43,612 nucleotides of DNA from Oscillospiraceae bacterium. Lineage in GTDB: Bacteria; Bacillota; Clostridia; Oscillospirales; UBA644. Of the stretch, positions 18,845 to 25,856 are shown in pieces. The position numbers and the translations under genes were made by a program. Numbering within the stretch: the stretch's first letter is position 1; each line of letters begins with the position of its first letter. The stretch is taken from contig SVMP01000002.1 in assembly GCA_015067385.1 (NCBI GenBank), positions 1-43,612 of the forward strand. Direction: 5' to 3'. The notes under the pieces were generated by a model that was not told the DNA's origin, did not search any database, and saw nothing but the letters and a program-made list of their open reading frames with translations.

Positions 18845-19058
18845 GCGTGATACTCTTAACGGAGTATCACGCAACTCTATTCGCCTACGGCGAGTGATAT
18901 TGCGGCAACGGTTACGTTGCAAATGCAGTGATATTTGGCTTTCAGCCAAGTTTTATTTGCTTCGCAAGTTGTTTGCGAATAGAATATCACGAAACCGATA
19001 GGTTTCATATCACTTTTGCAAAGCGAAAATATCACGCTGACTTTAGTCAGCATATCAC
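18845..19058. repeat. Heptamer-punctuated hairpin array, copy 1
   Basis: GTGATAC/GTGATAT at 18847, 18894 and 18928. GTATCAC/ATATCAC at 18864, 18984, 19007, 19029 and 19052. Between them lie 8 different short hairpins: 18845-18872, 18881-18893, 18905-18920, 18935-18949, 18961-18979, 18991-19006, 19014-19028 and 19036-19051. Confidence 0.8.
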
Positions 19059-19074
19059 TTAGCAGACAAAAGAA

Positions 19075-19117
19075 AGAGAAGACTCGTTTACATACGAATC
19101 TTCTCTTTTCTGTTATT
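19075..19117 (+). terminator. Intrinsic terminator closing the FAD-oxidoreductase / array-1 transcript
   Basis: AGAGAAGACTCGT (19075-19087) pairs with ACGAATCTTCTCT (19094-19106) at 12 of 13 bp. TTTCTGTTATT follows. Confidence 0.7.
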
Positions 19118-19245
19118 AGTAGGTTTGGGCTACTGCCCAAGTGCGTTTGTACATATAAATGCGATACAGGTTCTTAACAAGAAATGAAAGTACGTTCAAA
19201 TTCTACGTTAAGGAACTCACCGTTTTTGTCTGAGGAGTTGTCTTT

Positions 19246-19776
19246 TTATTCTTTTACGGTAACAAGTTCGTCGAAAGCTTTGCGTTTTTTCTCACGGAGC
19301 TTGTCGTTTTCGTTTGCGTAACCGAGAGAAATAACAAGTCTTACAGGCTCGTCAATACCGCAAAGTTTGCGTATCTTTTGATCGTCGAACCAGCCGAGGA
19401 TGCAAGTTGAAAGACCTTGGGCTGTGGCTTCGGCGGTAAGATAAGCGGTTGTGATACCGATATCGATCGAACGGTAGTCGTTGCCCTTTATTTTCGCTCC
19501 GAAAGCGGCTGATTTAACATAAGATTTTTCCGAAACAACTATCATCACGGGAGCATTCTCGGTAAATTTATTCATACCCATGCCCGTTGTTGCAAGCGCC
19601 ACCTGCTTTGCGATATCGTTTTTGCAAACAGTAAAATGATACGGCTGACCGTTACAAGCGGACGGAGCAAGAATTGCGGAACGAAGGATAGCGTCGATTT
19701 TTTCCTGTTCAACAGGACGATCGGGATCGTAATTTCTGCAGGACTGACGATTGAGAGCAATTTCTGTAAAATTCAT
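19246..19776 (-). CDS. Nitroreductase-family protein
   Basis: The track ORF is 19246-19794. The likely start is ATG 19776 (MNFTEIALNRQSCRNY), typical of the nitroreductase N-terminus. Confidence 0.8.
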   Translation of the reverse strand: MNFTEIALNRQSCRNYDPDRPVEQEKIDAILRSAILAPSACNGQPYHFTVCKNDIAKQVALATTGMGMNKFTENAPVMIVVSEKSYVKSAAFGAKIKGNDYRSIDIGITTAYLTAEATAQGLSTCILGWFDDQKIRKLCGIDEPVRLVISLGYANENDKLREKKRKAFDELVTVKE

Positions 19777-19790
19777 AAATAACATCCTTG

Positions 19791-21164
19791 TCAATTGTTT
19801 TCGGGAACAGAGCCGAATTCTCTGACGTGCTTACGGTAAACAAATACGAAAGCCACGAACTGAAGAATAAGCGTAAATGTCCAGGATACAACGTATGAAA
19901 AATAGAGGCATTCGGGAGTATGGAACTGTTCCATACGGAAGATGGTGTAGATCCACGTAATACGGACGCCGCAGACACCGAGGATAGAAATAACCATCGG
20001 GATAAGAGACGAACCCATACCGCGAAGCGCACCCGTAGAAACTTCCATAAGACCGCAGAGGAAGTAAGGCAAGCTTACATAAGCAAGACGGACAAGGCCG
20101 TATTTGATCGCTTCGGGAGAGTCGGTTATATAAATAGAAAGGAGCTGTTCTCCGAAGAAATACGCGAGAAAACCTGTTACTGCGCCAACGACGGTAACGG
20201 AAACCGCACACATCCAAACGATCTTCGAAACACGTTTATACTGTCTTGCACCTGAGTTCTGACCGACAAAATTGACGGTTGTCTGATAAAAAGCATTAAG
20301 ACAAACATAAACAAAGCCTTCAATATTACCGGCTGCGGCATTACCCGACATAAAGATGTCGCCGAAAGAGTTGATAGAAGACTGAATGATTACGTTGGAA
20401 ATAGAGAAAAGCGAACCTTGAATACCTGCGGGAAGACCTATCTGAATGATAAGAAGAAGCTGACGTTTATAAAAACGTATTTTGGAAAGGACGAGCTTGC
20501 TTGCATCCGTTCTGCGCATAAGAGCGATAACAACAAGAACTGCCGAAACACCCTGCGAGATCGTTGTCGCAAGAGCAACGCCTGCAACGTTCATGTTAAA
20601 AACGGTAACAAAAAAGACGTTTAAAACAACATTTACAACACCTGCTATAGACAGGAAGAGCAGCGGGCTTTTTGTATCGCCGACAGCACGAAGGATGGAC
20701 GAACAGAAGTTGTAAATCATTGAGAACGTAATACCGCCGAAATATATCTTCATATAGACAGAGGAAAGCGCAAGAACATTTTCCGGGGTATCCATCATGC
20801 GAAGGAACTCTTCAGAGAAAAGAACGCCAACGAAAGTGAGAACGATACCGCCGACTATAGCAGTCGGAATAGCTGTGTGAACGGTTCTGTGAACCATAAC
20901 ATCGTCTTTGCTTCCGTAAGCTCTCGCAACGGCAACGCCTGCACCTACAGACAAACCTATAAAAAGATTGACTATGAGATTTGTTATCGAGCCTGTTGCT
21001 CCGACAGCGGCGACTGAAACGCTTCCGCAGAATCTGCCGACAATAACAAGGTCAGCCGCATTAAAAAGAAGCTGAAGAATACTCGTAAGAATTATCGGGA
21101 TCGTATATGTAACGATATTTAAAAACAGCGGTCCCTGAAGAATTGAATTGTTTGATCTTGCCAT
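19791..21164 (-). CDS. MATE-family efflux transporter
   Basis: 457-aa polytopic membrane ORF. Its N-terminus (PLFLNIVTYTIPIILTSILQLLFNAADLVIVGRF) is typical of the MATE/NorM family. Confidence 0.9.
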   Translation of the reverse strand: MARSNNSILQGPLFLNIVTYTIPIILTSILQLLFNAADLVIVGRFCGSVSVAAVGATGSITNLIVNLFIGLSVGAGVAVARAYGSKDDVMVHRTVHTAIPTAIVGGIVLTFVGVLFSEEFLRMMDTPENVLALSSVYMKIYFGGITFSMIYNFCSSILRAVGDTKSPLLFLSIAGVVNVVLNVFFVTVFNMNVAGVALATTISQGVSAVLVVIALMRRTDASKLVLSKIRFYKRQLLLIIQIGLPAGIQGSLFSISNVIIQSSINSFGDIFMSGNAAAGNIEGFVYVCLNAFYQTTVNFVGQNSGARQYKRVSKIVWMCAVSVTVVGAVTGFLAYFFGEQLLSIYITDSPEAIKYGLVRLAYVSLPYFLCGLMEVSTGALRGMGSSLIPMVISILGVCGVRITWIYTIFRMEQFHTPECLYFSYVVSWTFTLILQFVAFVFVYRKHVREFGSVPENN

Positions 21165-21198
21165 TTTAACATACCCTCAATAAAAAATATATAAGAAT

Positions 21199-21226
21199 AT
21201 TATACCATAACTTTATGTCTTTTCAA
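21199..21226 (-). promoter_or_regulatory. sigma-A type promoter of the MATE/nitroreductase unit
   Basis: On the minus strand: TTGAAA (21226-21221), 16-bp spacer, TGgTATAAT (21207-21199). Confidence 0.5.
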
Positions 21227-21277
21227 GACATATTTAATACTTTGGTCTTGATTCCGACAGTATGACGTAATCACCCA

Positions 21278-21778
21278 TCATTCCCCTTTTTTTCTGCCGG
21301 ATTCAATAAGCTCCCGTTCAAACTCTTCGGGATGTTTGAGATAGTAATTCTGATGCTCTTCTTCTGCGGGATAAAAACTTTTAAACGGCTCGACGCTGAT
21401 GTAAACATCCTTGCCGTATGTTTTTTCAAGTTCCGCAATCTTTTTTTCCGCAATTTCTTTCTGTTTGCCGTCAGTATAATAAATAGCCAATGTATATGAA
21501 TGACCTCTGTCGATAAACTGACCGCCGTCGTCGAAAGGATCAACGCTTTCAATAAAAATATCGAGAAGATTGGAAAAATCAACTGTTTTATTAACGTAAT
21601 CTATTCGTATCGTTTCACGGTGACCTGTTTTTTGTTTTTTAACATCATCATAATCGGGTGAGACCTCATCGCCGCCGGAATAACCGCTCACAACATCCAG
21701 AACACCTTCTGTTTCTTTAAAAACAGGTGTTATACACCAAAAACAACCGCCTGCAAAATAAGCAGAATCATATTCCAT
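21278..21778 (-). CDS. msrA: Peptide-methionine (S)-S-oxide reductase
   Basis: 166-aa ORF with the AYFAGGCFWC active-site motif. Confidence 0.9.
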   Translation of the reverse strand: MEYDSAYFAGGCFWCITPVFKETEGVLDVVSGYSGGDEVSPDYDDVKKQKTGHRETIRIDYVNKTVDFSNLLDIFIESVDPFDDGGQFIDRGHSYTLAIYYTDGKQKEIAEKKIAELEKTYGKDVYISVEPFKSFYPAEEEHQNYYLKHPEEFERELIESGRKKGE

Positions 21779-21897
21779 TTTAATATACCATACCTTTCGT
21801 TTACGAAAGTTTTCTTTATTGGAGAATTGGATTCGGTTTTGCTTAGCAAAATCTGTGTGAAAAAATTTTTCACGCTATCATCTTCCTTTTCAGAATA

Positions 21898-21926
21898 AAT
21901 ATATCATAAAAAGATGCAATTTGCAA
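21898..21926 (-). promoter_or_regulatory. sigma-A type promoter of msrA
   Basis: On the minus strand: TTGCAA (21926-21921), 17-bp spacer, TGaTATATT (21906-21898). Confidence 0.5.
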
Positions 21927-22004
21927 CTGTTATTTACACTCTTCCGAACATCATTTTTGAAGTTATTGTTAACTGTGTTTTTTGTGTTGATTTTTGACGA
22001 AAAA

Positions 22005-22032
22005 CTTTACACCTAACTTGACAGATGTAAAG
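22005..22032. promoter_or_regulatory. Candidate NiaR operator overlapping the -35 of the nad promoter
   Basis: Inverted repeat CTTTACACCT (22005-22014) / AGATGTAAAG (22023-22032), matching at 9 of 10 positions with an 8-bp spacer. niaR is the last gene of the operon. Confidence 0.4.
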
Positions 22033-22046
22033 TGCAGTGCTATAAT
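22018..22046 (+). promoter_or_regulatory. sigma-A type promoter of nadABC-niaR
   Basis: TTGACA at 22018-22023, 17-bp spacer, TGcTATAAT at 22038-22046. Confidence 0.6.
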
Positions 22047-22183
22047 AAAACCCAAAGAAGCAGGGCATCGTAAAATTTAGCACTTAGTTTTTGCGGCTTT
22101 CCGTGTTCAAACAGTTGCAATTATATTATTTTACATATGCCCGATAAAACAGATTTTAATTCCGGCAAAAAAGGAAGGCTTTC

Positions 22184-23107
22184 TTGAATCGAAAGCGATG
22201 GAATATTATGGAAAATCTCATAAAAAAATTAAAAGAAGAGAAAAATGCCGTTATCCTCGCACATTACTATGCACCTGACGAAGTTCAGAAGATAGCGGAC
22301 TATATAGGAGACTCTTTCTATCTTGCTAAGATAGCAAAAAACAGTAATGCAGATATTATACTTTTCTGCGGCGTTTCGTTTATGGGAGAGAGTGCAAAGA
22401 TATTAAACCCCGATAAAAAAGTACTCATGCCCGATCCATCGGCAGACTGTGCGATGGCGCACATGGTACGAGACGGAATAATAGAAGAAATGAGAGAGAA
22501 ATACGACGATCTTGCCGTTGTTTGTTACATCAACTCAACTGCCGAACTCAAAAGCAAAAGCGATGTATGCGTAACATCGTCAAATGCAGTAAAGATTGTA
22601 AAAAATTTACCGAATAAAAATATTTTCTTTATTCCCGACAAAAATCTCGGCAGTTTTGTTGCACAACAAGTCCCCGAAAAAAATATCATAATAAACGACG
22701 GCTGCTGTCCGATCCATGCAAAGATCGAAAAAAAGCATATTGAAGCTGAAAAGGAAAAGCATCCGAATGCAAAGGTTCTCTCTCATCCCGAATGCGAAAA
22801 AGAGATCCTTGATATCTCGGATTATATCGGAAGCACCGCAGATATTATCGATCACGCTAAAAAAAGCGACTGTGATGAATTTATCATTTGTACGGAGGAC
22901 GGCGTAAATTACAAGCTTACGTCCGATAATCCGAACAAACGGTTCTATTTCCCGAACCCACGTCCCTGTTGTAAGGATATGAAACTTAACACTTTGGAAG
23001 AGATCGCGTCTGTTCTCGAAAAAGAAGATAAAATTATTGAAATAAATGAGGATCTGCGTATAAAAGCGCTCATTCCGTTAGAAAAAATGTTGGAGCTTGC
23101 AAAATAA
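22184..23107 (+). CDS. nadA: Quinolinate synthase
   Basis: The ORF starts at TTG 22184 (GGAAGG 5 nt upstream). An alternative in-frame ATG at 22208 gives MENLIKKLKEEKNAVILAHYY, the usual NadA N-terminus. Confidence 0.9.
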   Translation: MNRKRWNIMENLIKKLKEEKNAVILAHYYAPDEVQKIADYIGDSFYLAKIAKNSNADIILFCGVSFMGESAKILNPDKKVLMPDPSADCAMAHMVRDGIIEEMREKYDDLAVVCYINSTAELKSKSDVCVTSSNAVKIVKNLPNKNIFFIPDKNLGSFVAQQVPEKNIIINDGCCPIHAKIEKKHIEAEKEKHPNAKVLSHPECEKEILDISDYIGSTADIIDHAKKSDCDEFIICTEDGVNYKLTSDNPNKRFYFPNPRPCCKDMKLNTLEEIASVLEKEDKIIEINEDLRIKALIPLEKMLELAK

Positions 23108-24383
23108 TATGAAATGCGATATTATAATTGTCGGTTGCGGAGTTGCAGGTCTTTACTGTGCTCTTAATTTACCCGAAGATAAAAATATTGTTATTGTTAC
23201 AAAAAACGTTGCCCCGAAAAGCGACTCGTTTCTCGCTCAAGGCGGTATTTGTGTGTTAAGAGACGAAGATGACTTTTCCTCTTTCTTTGAGGACACAATG
23301 AAGGCAGGGCATTACGAAAACAACCCCGATTCAGTTGAAATAATGATCAGATCATCTCAGGAAGTGATCGGAGACCTTGTTTCTTTCGGTGTCCAGTTTG
23401 AAAAAGACGGTGATGCTTTCACATACACCAGAGAGGGTGCGCATTCAAGACCGCGTATTTTGTTCCATGAAGATGAAACAGGTAAAGAGATCACATCAAA
23501 CTTACTCGAAACGGCTCGAAACCGAAAGAACATAACCTTAATAGAAAATTTCACAATGGTTGACCTTATATGTAATGAAGATATTTGCAAAGGTATCATC
23601 GGACATGATGCGGACGGCAGATTCATTGCTATAAATGCAGACTATACCGTGCTTGCGACAGGCGGTATCGGCGGACTTTTCAAACACTCTACCAATTACC
23701 GTCATCTTACTGGAGACGCAATAGCGCTTGCGCTCAAATACGGAATAAAGCTTCAAAACATCGACTATATTCAGATACACCCCACAACTCTGTACACAAA
23801 AAAACACGGCAGAGAATTTCTTATTTCCGAATCGGTACGCGGTGAAGGCGCAATTCTTTTAAATTCAAAAGGCGAACGTTTCGTAAACGAGCTTCTGCCG
23901 AGAGATGTTGTTGCAAACGCAATTTTCGATGAAATGAAAAAAGAGGGTTCGGAGCACGTTTGGCTTTCCCTTGCGCCTATTCCCGAAGAAGAAATAAGAA
24001 CACATTTCCCGAATATTTATCAACACTGCCTTGAAGAAGGCTATGATGTAACAAAAGAGCCGATACCTGTTGTCCCCTCTCAGCATTATTTTATGGGCGG
24101 TATAGACGTTGATAAAAACAGTAAAACATCAATGGACCGTCTTTTTGCAGTCGGAGAAACCGCTTGTAACGGAGTTCACGGCAAGAACAGACTTGCAAGC
24201 AACTCTCTGCTTGAAAGCCTTGTTTTCGCAAAACGTGCGGCGCAAAATATCTCCGCAACGTACACACCGTTAACGAACAATCCGGAGTTTACCGTTGACG
24301 CATCACAATACGAAGGATACCAGGAAAAATACAAAGAATCAGTTTTAAATGCTATTGAAAAGGAAAGAAAAAGCCATGAATAA
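23097..24383 (+). CDS. nadB: L-aspartate oxidase
   Basis: 428-aa ORF with DIIIVGCGVAGL FAD-binding, HPT and GRLFAVGE-like (DRLFAVGETACNGVHGKNRLASNSLLE) motifs. Confidence 0.9.
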   Translation: MQNNMKCDIIIVGCGVAGLYCALNLPEDKNIVIVTKNVAPKSDSFLAQGGICVLRDEDDFSSFFEDTMKAGHYENNPDSVEIMIRSSQEVIGDLVSFGVQFEKDGDAFTYTREGAHSRPRILFHEDETGKEITSNLLETARNRKNITLIENFTMVDLICNEDICKGIIGHDADGRFIAINADYTVLATGGIGGLFKHSTNYRHLTGDAIALALKYGIKLQNIDYIQIHPTTLYTKKHGREFLISESVRGEGAILLNSKGERFVNELLPRDVVANAIFDEMKKEGSEHVWLSLAPIPEEEIRTHFPNIYQHCLEEGYDVTKEPIPVVPSQHYFMGGIDVDKNSKTSMDRLFAVGETACNGVHGKNRLASNSLLESLVFAKRAAQNISATYTPLTNNPEFTVDASQYEGYQEKYKESVLNAIEKERKSHE

Positions 24384-25227
24384 TATTACTATGAAAATGA
24401 CAGCCGATGAACTTATCCTCAGCGCTCTCAAAGAAGACATAACAAGCGAAGATATAACCACAAACTCTGTAATGCCTCACTATCAGAAAGGACAGGTCGA
24501 TCTTATCTGTAAAGAGGATGGCGTTATTGCCGGTCTTGACGTTTTTAAGAGAGTTTTTGAACTTCTCGATGAAAATACAGAAGTAACATTCTACTGCAAA
24601 GACGGCGATGAGGTCAAAAAAGGCGAAAAACTCGGTATTATTGTCGGTGATATCAGAGTTCTTCTTTCAGGCGAACGTACTGCGCTCAACTTCTTACAAA
24701 GAATGAGCGGTATTGCAACATATACCCGTTCGATAGCAAATCTTTTAAAAGGAACAAAAACAAAGCTTCTTGACACAAGAAAAACCACCCCCAACATGCG
24801 AATCTTTGAAAAATACGCAGTTAAGGTCGGCGGCGGCAATAACCACAGATATAACCTCAGTGACGGTATTCTTCTCAAAGATAATCATATAGGCGCTGCA
24901 GGCGGCGTAAAAGAAGCTGTTAAAATGGCGAAAGAATACGCTCCGTTTGTACGAAAAATAGAGATCGAAGTTGAAAATCTCGATATGCTCAAAGAAGCTC
25001 TCGAAGCGGGCGCAGATATAATAATGCTCGATAATATGTCTGTTGAAGACATGAAAAAAGCTGTTGAAATGACTGCAGGCAAGGCTGAGACAGAATGCAG
25101 CGGTAATGTTACAAAAGAGAACATTGCCCGTCTTACCGATATCGGCGTTGACTACATTTCAAGCGGCGCTCTTACTCATTCTTCCCCCATTCTTGACCTT
25201 TCGCTCAAGAACCTCCATGCAATATAA
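24376..25227 (+). CDS. nadC: Nicotinate-nucleotide diphosphorylase (carboxylating)
   Basis: The track ORF is 24349-25227. The likely start is ATG 24376. It has RTALNFLQRMSGIAT, TRKTTP and MLDNM motifs. Confidence 0.9.
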   Translation: MNNITMKMTADELILSALKEDITSEDITTNSVMPHYQKGQVDLICKEDGVIAGLDVFKRVFELLDENTEVTFYCKDGDEVKKGEKLGIIVGDIRVLLSGERTALNFLQRMSGIATYTRSIANLLKGTKTKLLDTRKTTPNMRIFEKYAVKVGGGNNHRYNLSDGILLKDNHIGAAGGVKEAVKMAKEYAPFVRKIEIEVENLDMLKEALEAGADIIMLDNMSVEDMKKAVEMTAGKAETECSGNVTKENIARLTDIGVDYISSGALTHSSPILDLSLKNLHAI

Positions 25228-25239
25228 AGGAGTTAAGAT

Positions 25240-25752
25240 ATGAAAGCCAATGAGAGAAGAAAAGCAATCGTAAACCTTCTCTTGACAGAAAAAAAACCCA
25301 TCCCGGGCGGCGTTATATCCGAAAAATTCAGCGTTTCAAGACAAATAATAGTTCAGGATATTTCTGTTTTAAAAGCATCGGGATACGATATTCTTTCAAC
25401 ACATCTCGGTTATGTTATTCAAACAACCCCTCTTTCCGAAAGAGTTTTTAAGCTTCATCATACAACCGAACAAACAGAAGATGAGCTTTCTTTGATCGTT
25501 GAAAACGGGGGAACGGTTGTTGACGTATTTGTTTGGCACAAAGCATACGGAAAGATAGAAGCTCCGCTGAACATTTTTTCGCCGCTCCATGTCAAACAGT
25601 TTATCGAAGCCGTAAGAAGCGGAAAATCAACGGAATTGATGAATATAACAGGCGGATACCATTACCACACTGTAAGAGCCGATTCAGAAGAGATCCTTGA
25701 TAAAATAGAAAATGCTTTGAACGAACGCGGTTATATAGCCCCGAGAATATAA
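25240..25752 (+). CDS. niaR: NiaR/YrxA-type niacin-responsive transcriptional repressor (HTH + 3H domain)
   Basis: 170-aa ORF. It has an N-terminal HTH (ISEKFSVSRQIIVQDISVLKASG) and a C-terminal His-containing 3H region (GGYHYHTV). It lies in the nad operon. Confidence 0.85.
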   Translation: MKANERRKAIVNLLLTEKKPIPGGVISEKFSVSRQIIVQDISVLKASGYDILSTHLGYVIQTTPLSERVFKLHHTTEQTEDELSLIVENGGTVVDVFVWHKAYGKIEAPLNIFSPLHVKQFIEAVRSGKSTELMNITGGYHYHTVRADSEEILDKIENALNERGYIAPRI

Positions 25753-25756
25753 AATA

Positions 25757-25786
25757 AAAGCCCGATTTTTTTTCGGGCTTTTTGTT
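25757..25786 (+). terminator. Intrinsic terminator of the nad operon
   Basis: AAAGCCCGA (25757-25765) pairs with TCGGGCTTT (25773-25781), with a T-rich loop and tail. Confidence 0.75.
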
Positions 25787-25856
25787 AAATCAATATTATA
25801 CTTTCCACCCAAAATTATAACATCAATAAAAATCCTACAATAAAGGAGCATTAAAA

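Noticed and set aside
18845-19058. CRISPR array interpretation of the hairpin arrays (also 32781-32974)
   Set aside because: The constant unit is only 7 nt. It occurs in both orientations within one array. The variable parts are 9-28-nt palindromes rather than unique 30-40-nt spacers. No cas genes are in the window.
18877-19140. 87-aa minus-strand ORF inside array 1
   Set aside because: It runs through the hairpin/heptamer repeats and the terminator, has no RBS, and gives a low-complexity product. It is an artefact of the repeats.
21855-21875. Rex (or CRP/FNR) box at the GTGAAAAAATTTTTCAC palindrome
   Set aside because: The half-sites TGTGAA/TTCAC are Rex-like. However, the spacer is 7 nt rather than 6, and the outer bases do not match TTGTGAA-N6-TTCACAA. 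It is kept only as a generic palindrome.
22053-22183. NAD-sensing riboswitch in the ~130-nt nadA leader
   Set aside because: Only a 6-bp long-range pairing (GGGCAT/ATGCCC) is visible. There is no resemblance I can support to the nadA or pnuC motifs, and NiaR plus an operator already accounts for regulation.
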